Shown one piece after another: positions 27,519 through 35,444 of a stretch of DNA of 56,443 nt. The notes beneath the pieces were generated by a model that was given only the letters and a program-made list of their open reading frames with translations, ran no database searches and was not told the origin of the DNA. Location: the NCBI GenBank assembly GCA_028714455.1, contig JAQTMG010000006.1, forward strand, positions 1 through 56,443, read 5' to 3'. The translations under genes were made by a program, and so were the position numbers. The number at the start of each line of letters is the position of its first letter. Within the stretch, counting starts at the first letter, position 1. Origin of the DNA: Patescibacteria group bacterium (GTDB taxonomy: Bacteria; Patescibacteriota; Patescibacteriia; CAIXNZ01).

Positions 27519-27998
27519 TTAAGCGAATTTTCCAACAAGGATCCCAATCAAAATTGCTGCGCCGCCAAGCACAACCATTCTGATGCCGCGGCTGATTAAA
27601 CTGACATTGGAAATTTTGGCCATGGCTATGCCGACAAAAAATAAAGCCAAAATGGAAAAGGCAATGGAAATATATAATGCTGACGACAGACCAAAAATTA
27701 TATACGGCAAAATCGGTATTAAGGATGCCAGTACAAATGAAACAAACATTACCAAAGCCGCCACATAAGGTCCTTTATGAAAAATTGATTTTTGGGCCTT
27801 ATATTCCAGAGTGCACTGCTCTGAAAGATAGCCGCCGACTGCCATGGAAAATGCCTCAACAAAAGCATAAATTAAACCAGTTGTAATAATGGCTATCCTA
27901 GTGGTACCGCTGACGTCAATGCCAGCGAGCAAACCAACAGTAGAAACTAAGCTGTCGGCGATGCCAAAAACTATATTTCTAACGTAAACTTCATTCAT
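27519..27998 (-). CDS. VIT1/CCC1-family iron/manganese transporter
   Basis: FGIADSLVSTVGLLAGI and VEAFSMAVGGYLSE motifs. Start at MNEVYV; the longer ORF runs through a perfect hairpin. Confidence 0.8.
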   Translation of the reverse strand: MNEVYVRNIVFGIADSLVSTVGLLAGIDVSGTTRIAIITTGLIYAFVEAFSMAVGGYLSEQCTLEYKAQKSIFHKGPYVAALVMFVSFVLASLIPILPYIIFGLSSALYISIAFSILALFFVGIAMAKISNVSLISRGIRMVVLGGAAILIGILVGKFA

Positions 27999-28011
27999 AA
28001 TTTTAAACTTT

Positions 28012-28035
28012 TTCGGTGGGTCTAGACCCACCGAA
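28012..28035. other. Perfect palindromic hairpin 14 nt upstream of the VIT1 start
   Basis: TTCGGTGGGTC-TA-GACCCACCGAA, 11-nt arms. No U-run in either direction, so it is not called a terminator. Confidence 0.6.
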
Positions 28036-28097
28036 GCCCGACTGATTATTTAATAATTATCTTGCCCTCCTTCGCATAAAGCTACGGAGGGCGAAGG

Positions 28098-28304
28098 TGG
28101 GCAGGGGTAGATTCGAACTACCGAAGGCTTACGCCAGCAGATTTATCCCGCACCAAAATACAACGACTATTGGGCGGAGTAGGATTCGAACCTACGAAGC
28201 CGTGAGGCAACAGATTTACAGTCTGTCCCATTTGACCGCTTTGGTATCCGCCCTTATTTATATTTTTGGTGCGGGACCCCAGTTGACCGCTTTGGTACCG
28301 ACCC
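28098..28304 (-). other. Split tRNA-Tyr-like gene whose halves are joined by a 13-bp helix enclosing tRNA-Tyr
   Basis: 5' half 28304..28277 (acceptor plus D-arm, 23/28 identical to the real tRNA-Tyr). Helix strands 28276..28264 and 28158..28146. 3' half 28145..28098 with variable arm, T-arm GGTAG-TTCGAAT-CTACC and acceptor strand. Confidence 0.6.
28171..28253 (-). tRNA. tRNA-Tyr(GUA), class II with long variable arm
   Basis: 83 nt. Acceptor GGGCGGA/TCCGCCC, anticodon loop CTGTAAA, variable arm TGCCTCACGGCTTC, T-arm GTAGG-TTCGAAT-CCTAC. Confidence 0.9.
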
Positions 28305-28403
28305 AGAGTTAATAAAAAGTTCTGATTAAAAAATCAAAACCTTTACAAACTCTATTATATAAAATTATTAAAAAAAAATCAAGGTCTATTGTCACTCTAA
28401 TAT

Positions 28404-28637
28404 TCAAGGATAATCTATGCAGCTTTCAAAATTATCGGGGCGGCACCTTTGCAGCCTTTGCCAACTTTTTTTACAACCCTTCCAAAAACCATATTTTTGA
28501 ATTGCCATAACTGCATATTCAGAACAGGTGGGATAAAAACGACAATGCACCCAGCGGCTCAAAATTTTGGATAACGTCTTTTGATAAAGAATAATTGCTT
28601 TTATGGCTATTTTTTTCTGCAAATTATTAAACTTCAT
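28404..28637 (-). CDS. yidD: Membrane protein insertion efficiency factor YidD
   Basis: CRFYPTCSEYAVMAIQKYGFWKG motif, 77 aa. Confidence 0.85.
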   Translation of the reverse strand: MKFNNLQKKIAIKAIILYQKTLSKILSRWVHCRFYPTCSEYAVMAIQKYGFWKGCKKSWQRLQRCRPDNFESCIDYP

Positions 28638-28968
28638 AATTTATCTGCTCCTTTATTATTGCTCTGGAATTGCATTTCGGACATTTATCAAAATTAACTA
28701 TATTCTTGTGATAAACATTTCCAGCGCCATAACAACCTAAACGGTAACAACCCAAATTATTTCTGGCATTTTCTTTCAGATCTTTTTTGCCATAATACCA
28801 AACATTACCGCAAGACTGACAAGTGCATTTTGTTTCCTGAATTTTTTTACCCTGATTATTAGGTGCAATATTCCCTGCGACTGGAGTATTATCAAATTTA
28901 GTTTTACAATATCGGCAAAAAATCGCTTCATCTTTTATTTCTTCAGCACAAGATGGACATTTTTTCAT
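28627..28968 (-). CDS. Multi-zinc-ribbon protein, hypothetical
   Basis: 113 aa. CPSC..CRYC, CQSC and CPKC pairs. Confidence 0.6.
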   Translation of the reverse strand: MKKCPSCAEEIKDEAIFCRYCKTKFDNTPVAGNIAPNNQGKKIQETKCTCQSCGNVWYYGKKDLKENARNNLGCYRLGCYGAGNVYHKNIVNFDKCPKCNSRAIIKEQINYEV

Positions 28969-29969
28969 AAAATTCTTTTTTTTAATAATAAAAGGTGATG
29001 ATTATATGCCTCTGTAAAATTATTAAATGCATCAAAATTACTAAACAAATATCCCTCTTCCAAACCATCTTCCGATTGAAATAATAATTGTCCATATTTA
29101 ACAATGGGAATTTGATAATTCGCGTTAAATCGCTTGTCCATAGTTCCATCTTTATTCGCCTTCTTCCACGTGTGGTTAATAATCTCAGTATCTTTTGGGA
29201 CACTTTCTTCTTCAATATATCCCGTAAGTTCAAAAACACCCTTTACATCTTTTAGGTCAAAAATGCCAAATTTCTGATTATCTTTAAATAAAACTATGAA
29301 AGTAGGATAAATAAATATATCAGCACCGTTAGCATTGGGGAGAAAAAGATAATCTAAATCACTTTTTATAAAATCAATATCCTTTCGAATATTACCGCTG
29401 ATTAGACTACGCTTTATTGAAGTTTTTGCAATTGTTCTCATCTTCACCCTGTCCGCATCTTCTGTATATGTTAAATCCCATATTTTTTCGCTTTTCATTA
29501 GTTCAATGAAGGCATCAGTACAATTTAACCAACTCTTTTCAATTTGAGATTTATCTAAAAAGGTAAGTTTTACATAATTTTCTGAAATTTGTTTTTCAAA
29601 TCTTTTTATCTCTATTCGTTGATTACTTCTAGCCTCTTTAATTTTTTTGTAGAAAAAACCAAATATTAAAATAAAACTAACAAAGTAAGCGAAATTTAAC
29701 CAAAAAAGTTTAAATTTTGCTGATTGTAGTTTTTTAAGGAGTTCTATTTTTTGATTATGAATTTCTGTTATCCGTTGACGTAATTCAACAAAATTTTTAC
29801 TTGTAACATCGAGAGCTTTATTAGAGCTTCTTATAACATTGCCTACATTAAAATCATCTTTGCTCTCATATTTTTCATTATTATCAGCCAAACTACTTCC
29901 ACAATGTTTACATTTTATAGCTTCATATTGTATTTCTTCAGCACAATAAGGACATTTTTTTGTAGCCAT
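28965..29969 (-). CDS. Zinc-ribbon / coiled-coil / single-TM protein with unknown C-terminal domain
   Basis: 334 aa. N-terminal CPYC..CKHC, TM FWLNFAYFVSFILIFGFFY. ATGA overlap with the next gene. Confidence 0.6.
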   Translation of the reverse strand: MATKKCPYCAEEIQYEAIKCKHCGSSLADNNEKYESKDDFNVGNVIRSSNKALDVTSKNFVELRQRITEIHNQKIELLKKLQSAKFKLFWLNFAYFVSFILIFGFFYKKIKEARSNQRIEIKRFEKQISENYVKLTFLDKSQIEKSWLNCTDAFIELMKSEKIWDLTYTEDADRVKMRTIAKTSIKRSLISGNIRKDIDFIKSDLDYLFLPNANGADIFIYPTFIVLFKDNQKFGIFDLKDVKGVFELTGYIEEESVPKDTEIINHTWKKANKDGTMDKRFNANYQIPIVKYGQLLFQSEDGLEEGYLFSNFDAFNNFTEAYNHHLLLLKKRIL

Positions 29970-29974
29970 AATAA

Positions 29975-30201
29975 TAAACTAGTAATTATTTATGATATGC
30001 CAGGGTATTACTTCTCACGATACCAGCTGCCATATTACTCAAAATTGAGCCGTTGCGCGGAATTGCCTGTCCGCCGACCTTCGTCGGTCGAAACCGACTT
30101 CGGTCGGTGAAGACCGAAGTGCAATAAAGGCGGAAACCGCGGACCTACTCCTTACTCCCGAACTATGCTTCGCAAGTTCGGGACAGGCATGGAGTTGCGG
30201 C
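29975..30201 (-). other. GC-rich structured trailer/leader RNA region (unclassified)
   Basis: Nested helices CCCGAACT/AGTTCGGG and CTTCGGTC/GACCGAAG, plus CCGAC/GTCGG words, in a region much more GC-rich than the flanking genes. Confidence 0.35.
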
Positions 30202-30309
30202 ATTTATCCCGCACCTTCTAAAAAAGCCCACGAGCAGATTTGAACTGCTGACCACCTCCTTACCATGGAGGTGCTCTACCAACTGAGCTACGTGGGCAGA
30301 AGGTGCGGG
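30202..30309 (-). other. 12-bp leader-trailer helix clamping tRNA-Thr(GGU)
   Basis: CCCGCACCTTCT (30309..30298) abuts the tRNA 5' end. AGAAGGTGCGGG (30219..30208) follows the tRNA 3' end after U5. Trailer continues ATAAAT. Confidence 0.7.
30225..30297 (-). tRNA. tRNA-Thr(GGU)
   Basis: 73 nt. Acceptor GCCCACG/CGTGGGC, anticodon loop ATGGTAA, T-arm AGCAG-TTCAAAT-CTGCT. Confidence 0.9.
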
Positions 30310-30325
30310 GCCAGCTGAGCTGGCA

Positions 30326-31117
30326 TTACAAATTATTTAATTCTTTTTCAAACTCAAGAATCTTTTGATTTTCAGGATTAACCTCCTTAAGGGTAGCTAG
30401 AGTACGACTGGCAGTTTCCTTGTCTTTCGCTAAAATGCTTGAGGTCAAAAGTAAATCAAGATACTTCGGATTGTTCGGTGCGCTTGCCAAGGCTTTAATA
30501 AGCTTGGCTTGAGCCTCTTCATGATTACCTGATGCTTCGGCAATTTCTCCCAAGCTGGCGTAAGCCAGAGCGTCTTGCTCGTTTAATTTAAGTACGTGCT
30601 CAAAGGTTTGCTTGGCTTCTTCATAGTGTTTTTGGTCTAGATAGATATTGCCTAGACCGCGATAAGCAGAAATATTTTTCGGGTCCAAGCCAATCGCTTC
30701 AATATATTTTTTTTCGGCTAAATCGTAATTTTCTTCTTTGGCCAGTTTCTCTGCTTCAGCGATGACCTCGTCTAAATTTTTCTCCAAACCCTCAAACTCT
30801 TTCTTGGTAACTAAAACTTCTTTTTTCGCTTTTTTTCTATTTCTTTCTTCCAGCGCCGCCATCTTATTTTTAAAATCGTCAATTTTTCTCGCCAAAAAAT
30901 TTCCTATGGTTTTGAAAATCGGGTGTATTTTGCTGTAAATGTGCTTGGCTTTTCTGATCAACCTTTCCTCCATTATTTTCTGCTTGGTCTCCGCCTCTTT
31001 TTCTTCCGGAATTGAATTAACGTCAAAAGCGGCCAGAAGCGGCAATTTCTTGGCGATGATAAATAAAATCACGGCCAAAGAAAGCAAAATAATAATAAGT
31101 GGAATGATGTTGTACAT
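30326..31117 (-). CDS. TPR-repeat protein with N-terminal TM anchor
   Basis: 263 aa. TM, Lys/Glu coiled-coil, then TPR units (AYRGLGNIYLDQKHYEEAKQTFEHVLKLNEQDALAY...). Confidence 0.75.
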   Translation of the reverse strand: MYNIIPLIIILLSLAVILFIIAKKLPLLAAFDVNSIPEEKEAETKQKIMEERLIRKAKHIYSKIHPIFKTIGNFLARKIDDFKNKMAALEERNRKKAKKEVLVTKKEFEGLEKNLDEVIAEAEKLAKEENYDLAEKKYIEAIGLDPKNISAYRGLGNIYLDQKHYEEAKQTFEHVLKLNEQDALAYASLGEIAEASGNHEEAQAKLIKALASAPNNPKYLDLLLTSSILAKDKETASRTLATLKEVNPENQKILEFEKELNNL

Positions 31118-31134
31118 ATTCCGATATTGTAAAA

Positions 31135-31878
31135 TTATTGTTTTATAATAGCATTAAAGTCAGAAATCTTCAAGCTCGAATTGCCCACGAGTGCGCCGTC
31201 GACTTGCTTGAGCGAAAAGATCTCGGCGCTGTTTTTTTTATTGACTGTCCCGCCGTACAAAATCTTTATACCCCCCGCCTTTTTGCCAAAAAATTGTACC
31301 AACAAATTTCTAATATACAGATGCGCCAGCACAATGTCTTTTTCACTGGCCGCCTTTTTCTTGGCGCTTTTTTGAAAAGTTGAAATGGCCCAAACCGGTT
31401 CATAAGCGATTATAATCTGAAACGGATCACTGATTTGCGCCAGAGCGCCTAAGAGCTGTTCTTTCAAAGCCTTGCTCATCTGGCCTCTGGCCTTTTGCTC
31501 TTCATTTTCTCCGATACACAAAATTGGTTTAATCTTATACTTCAAAAGGTTTTTTATTTTCAGGTTAATCTGCGAATCTGTTTCGTGATGATAGATTCTT
31601 CTTTCAGAATGGCCAACCAAGCAATAAGAGCAGCCAACTTCTTTGAGCATCTTGGCCGAAACATCGCCGGTGTAGGCGCCAACTTCAAATTCCGAGACAT
31701 CTTGCGCCGCCAACCTAAAGTCGCCTCTTTTTACTTTATCTCTTAAAGAAGCCAAAAAAGTAAAAGGCGCCGCCACGATAACCTGATTAGTTGAACGAGC
31801 TAAATTCTTGGCAAAGCGCAGGGCTTCAGAAATAGATAAATTCATTTTCCAGTTGGCGATGATGATTTTTTTTGACAT
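31135..31878 (-). CDS. tpiA: Triosephosphate isomerase
   Basis: IIANWKMN, LVGHSERR, AYEPVWAI, ILYGG motifs. Confidence 0.9.
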   Translation of the reverse strand: MSKKIIIANWKMNLSISEALRFAKNLARSTNQVIVAAPFTFLASLRDKVKRGDFRLAAQDVSEFEVGAYTGDVSAKMLKEVGCSYCLVGHSERRIYHHETDSQINLKIKNLLKYKIKPILCIGENEEQKARGQMSKALKEQLLGALAQISDPFQIIIAYEPVWAISTFQKSAKKKAASEKDIVLAHLYIRNLLVQFFGKKAGGIKILYGGTVNKKNSAEIFSLKQVDGALVGNSSLKISDFNAIIKQ

Positions 31879-31887
31879 ATTTTTTAA

Positions 31888-33156
31888 TCAATTTATGCTA
31901 AGCAAGCCCTTAAATTTATTCTCATCCTTAAAGGGACTGATAGCTGCCAGATTTATAAGGTTAAATTTGATTATATCTTTAGCCACTTCATCAACTTGTT
32001 TCTTGGTAACTTTCATTAGGCGCTTAATCTTTTCATCTGGCATCAAAACATCACCCAGGAAAATCTGTCGGCGCGCGTACCAAGAAGCGACATTGGCGTT
32101 GTCTTCCATTTCAATAATCATGTGGCCTTTGACCAACTCCTTGGTCACCTTAAGCTCGGCTTCGGTAATGCCCTCGTCGCTGATTTTTTTTAATTCACGC
32201 AAAATAACTCTGACTGCCTCTTCGATTTTATTTTTATCAAGTCCGGCTCTGATTAATAAATTGCCAGTGTCTTCATAAACATTTTCCTGGGCTTTAATAT
32301 AATAGCAAAGCCCTCTGCGCTCCCTCACTTCAATAAAAAGACGCGAGCTCATGCTGCCGCCTAAAATTGAAGCCAGAATCTGTAAGGCGTCTAATTTCGG
32401 ATCAGCGTAAGAATAGGCGGGAAAACCAATGCCCAAATGCACCTGCTCCGTCTCTTTATATTTTAATAAAATTCTGGGTTCGGTTTGCGATGTTTCAAAT
32501 TTATTTACCTTTGGCGCAATAAACTTTTCCTCTGTTTTTTTATCAAAATATTTTTCCACGATTTTTTTCGCTTCTTCTATCTTTCCCGCCACAACCAAAA
32601 CGGCGTTTGAGGGCTGATAAAATGAATTTTTATAAGCCAAAATATCTGACTGCGAAATGGCTTTGATGCTAAAATCTGTGCCGATAATATCGCGGCCCAA
32701 TTCGTTGCCTTCAAAGATGGAGCTTTCGAAAATATCTTCCAGGTAAAGGAGCGGGTTATCTTTGTACATATTAAATTCTTCCAAAATCACGCCTCTTTCC
32801 CTGTTAATTTCCTCTTCTTCAAATTTGGAATTATAAAGCATGTCCGAGATAATATCGCAGCCCAGATCCAAGTGTTCAGAATTTAATTTAACAAAATAGC
32901 CCGTGTGGTCCTTGGAAGTAAAAGCGTTGTAAACCGCGCCCACGCTGTCTAATTCCTTTGAAATATTGACTGATTGCGGCCTTTTTTTCGTGCCCTTAAA
33001 CATCATGTGCTCAATAAAATGAGAGATGCCGCCGATTTTGTCAGCCTCATTTCTTGAACCGACTTTATAAATTACCATCAAAGTAGCTGACTCGCTCTCT
33101 TTTTTTGGCACCAAAATAACGGTCAGGCCGTTTTTTAGCGTATATTTTTCAAACAT
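31888..33156 (-). CDS. M16-family zinc peptidase (insulinase-like)
   Basis: HxxEH inverted zinc motif in GISHFIEHMMFKGT; 422 aa. Confidence 0.85.
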   Translation of the reverse strand: MFEKYTLKNGLTVILVPKKESESATLMVIYKVGSRNEADKIGGISHFIEHMMFKGTKKRPQSVNISKELDSVGAVYNAFTSKDHTGYFVKLNSEHLDLGCDIISDMLYNSKFEEEEINRERGVILEEFNMYKDNPLLYLEDIFESSIFEGNELGRDIIGTDFSIKAISQSDILAYKNSFYQPSNAVLVVAGKIEEAKKIVEKYFDKKTEEKFIAPKVNKFETSQTEPRILLKYKETEQVHLGIGFPAYSYADPKLDALQILASILGGSMSSRLFIEVRERRGLCYYIKAQENVYEDTGNLLIRAGLDKNKIEEAVRVILRELKKISDEGITEAELKVTKELVKGHMIIEMEDNANVASWYARRQIFLGDVLMPDEKIKRLMKVTKKQVDEVAKDIIKFNLINLAAISPFKDENKFKGLLSIN

Positions 33157-33214
33157 AATTTAAATAATTATTCCTAAAATCCTAAATTAAGTTTATCACA
33201 AATAACATTTTTCT

Positions 33215-34612
33215 TCAGGATTTAAATTTATCGTCAATATAATCAAGCACCTCGCTGATGGCAACCCTATCTTGTTTCATAGTGTCTCGATCTCTAATAG
33301 TAACCTTTTTATCCTCCAATGACTCAAAATCAACAGTCAGACAATAGGGCGTGCCAATCTCATCTTGACGGCGGTAACGTTTGCCGATTGAACCAGTCAC
33401 GTCATACATGGTCATGTATGTTCCCCATAAATTTTCTTGAATTTTTTTAGCGACTTTTTCTAATTCTGGTTTTTTAGACAAAGGCAAAATAGCAATCTTA
33501 ATCGGAGCAAGGCGTTTATCCAAACGCAAAACAACCTCTACTTCTTTGCTGCTCTCCGTGGTGGTGGTTCTGCCACCCCTGATTTCTTCATAAGCGTCAA
33601 GCAGGAAAACCAAAGTCGCGCGATCAGCGCCGTCAGATGTCTCAATAATGTAAGGCATGAACTTTTCTTTGGTTTCGGGATCAGTATAAGATAAATCCTT
33701 GCCGGAAAATTTGGAATGGCGAGATAAATCCCAGTCGCCGCGATTGTGAATGCCGGCTAATTCTTTAAAACCGCCAAAGGGATAATTATATTCAATGTCC
33801 CAAGCCTCTTTGGCATAATGAGCTAGTTCATCCTGGCCGTGTTCACGCAAGCGCAAATTCTCTTTTTTCACGCCCAGATCCTGATACCATTTCAGGCGCA
33901 AAGGTTTCCAATATTCAAACCACTTCTTGGCTTCCTTAGGATTCACAAAGTATTGCATTTCCATTTGTTCAAATTCACGCATGCGGAAAATAAAATTGCC
34001 GGGGGTGATTTCATTTCTAAAGGCCTTGCCGACCTGGGCAATGCCAAAAGGAATTTTTAATCTCATTGAGTCCTTAACGTTTTCAAAATTAACGTAAATG
34101 CCCTGGCAGGTCTCGCCTCTCAAATAGGTAACCGCGGCTTCATTTTCAACCGGGCCAATAAAAGTTTTCATGAGTAAATTGAAAGTGCGGGGATTGGTCA
34201 ATTGCCCGCTACATTCTGGGCATTTTATTTCGTTGATAGCTTCGGGCTTTTCTTTAAGATAGCCGGGTTCTAAACCCTTGGCTTCCAAAAGATGGTCAGC
34301 GCGAAATCTTTTTTTGCAATCTTTGCAATCAACCAGCGGGTCAGTGAACGATTCCAAATGTCCGGAGGCCTCCCAGACTTTGGGGTGCATCAGAATGGAA
34401 GCGTCCAGACCGACCACGTCATCGCGCTGCCGCACCATGGCTTTCCACCATTCGCGCTTGATATTATTTTTTAATTCCACGCCGAGCGGGCCGTAATCGT
34501 AACATGAAGCAAAGCCGCCATATATTTCAGATGACTGAAAAACAAAACCGCGGCGCTTGGCCAATGAAACGATTTTTTCCATCATATTATTTTCTTCTTG
34601 ATTTTTTGACAT
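33215..34612 (-). CDS. glyQS: Glycine--tRNA ligase (homodimeric GlyQS type)
   Basis: RRGFVFQSSEIYGG, class II motifs, C-terminal anticodon-binding domain; 465 aa. Confidence 0.95.
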   Translation of the reverse strand: MSKNQEENNMMEKIVSLAKRRGFVFQSSEIYGGFASCYDYGPLGVELKNNIKREWWKAMVRQRDDVVGLDASILMHPKVWEASGHLESFTDPLVDCKDCKKRFRADHLLEAKGLEPGYLKEKPEAINEIKCPECSGQLTNPRTFNLLMKTFIGPVENEAAVTYLRGETCQGIYVNFENVKDSMRLKIPFGIAQVGKAFRNEITPGNFIFRMREFEQMEMQYFVNPKEAKKWFEYWKPLRLKWYQDLGVKKENLRLREHGQDELAHYAKEAWDIEYNYPFGGFKELAGIHNRGDWDLSRHSKFSGKDLSYTDPETKEKFMPYIIETSDGADRATLVFLLDAYEEIRGGRTTTTESSKEVEVVLRLDKRLAPIKIAILPLSKKPELEKVAKKIQENLWGTYMTMYDVTGSIGKRYRRQDEIGTPYCLTVDFESLEDKKVTIRDRDTMKQDRVAISEVLDYIDDKFKS

Positions 34613-34647
34613 AAATATAAATTATTTTAAAAATTCTAAGCATTAAT

Positions 34648-34796
34648 GCGCGTATCATAACTCGCAATAAGAGCTAAATGAGCTAAAGGCCGAAATGAGC
34701 TATAAGCTGATAGGCAAATAGGTAAATTAATCTTTAGACCTATTATCCTATCGCTCCTATTACCCTATAGTTCTTATCACACATGTAGCTCCTATA
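34648..34796. repeat. GAGCTA/TAGCTC word element, copy E2
   Basis: About 55-nt left block and about 55-nt right block nearly identical to E3 (35445..35601). Only the centre differs. Confidence 0.75.
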
Positions 34797-34841
34797 ATTA
34801 GAATCGGTTTAGTTTATAGCTCAAAGCCGCATTAAGTCAAG

Positions 34842-35405
34842 CTAAATAATCATGACTTCTTCTTCCTTTTTCTTGGCCTCGTCAAATACTTTTTTATTGT
34901 AATCGGTGATGAATTTCTCTAAATCATCCAGAAATTGAAATTTATCATCCTGGGTTATGCTCTTGTCTTTTTCGGCATTTAAAATTTCTTCTCGGATAAC
35001 ATCTCTTAACCGGCGCAAACCTATTTTAGCCGCCTCCAATTTCTGCCCAATAACTTTGACAAGCTCTTTTCTGTTTTCTTCGGTCATGGGCGGCAATTTA
35101 GCCACTAATTTGTCTCCGGAATTAACTGTTGATAAGCCCATGTTACTGTAACTGAAGGCTTTCTCAATATCTTTGAGAATACTTTTGTCCCAGGGCTGAA
35201 TTTGGATTGTCTTTGGTTCGGGAATACTAATAGCTGCCAAGGATTTTAACGGCTGTTGCGAGCCATAGGCCTCGACCATGATATTTTCCACGACAGCCGA
35301 TTGCGCCCTGCCAGTGCGCAAAGAACCGAGCTCTTGCTTAAAGTGCTCAATCGCCTTATCAAATTCTGTTTTATGTTTATCAATGAATTTGTTTGAATTT
35401 GCCAT
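34842..35405 (-). CDS. frr: Ribosome recycling factor
   Basis: 187 aa. LRTGRA, typical RRF three-helix bundle sequence. Confidence 0.95.
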   Translation of the reverse strand: MANSNKFIDKHKTEFDKAIEHFKQELGSLRTGRAQSAVVENIMVEAYGSQQPLKSLAAISIPEPKTIQIQPWDKSILKDIEKAFSYSNMGLSTVNSGDKLVAKLPPMTEENRKELVKVIGQKLEAAKIGLRRLRDVIREEILNAEKDKSITQDDKFQFLDDLEKFITDYNKKVFDEAKKKEEEVMII

Positions 35406-35444
35406 AAATGTGGTTATTTATTATAAATTTGAAGCACTGATATA

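Noticed and set aside
28006-28036. Perfect hairpin TTCGGTGGGTC-TA-GACCCACCGAA considered as an intrinsic terminator after the tRNA cluster.
   Set aside because: No U-run follows it on either strand. It is kept as an unexplained hairpin feature and not called a terminator.
27311-28312. ORF-track plus-strand ORFs 27311..27583 and 28097..28312.
   Set aside because: They run straight through tRNA-Thr, tRNA-Tyr and their flanking helices, so they are artefacts of GC-rich RNA genes.
34613-34841. T-box riboswitch upstream of glyQS, as in Firmicutes.
   Set aside because: No T-box consensus (AAUUAGGGUGGUACCGCG-like) and no specifier-loop architecture is present. The spacer is occupied by the GAGCTA-word element instead.
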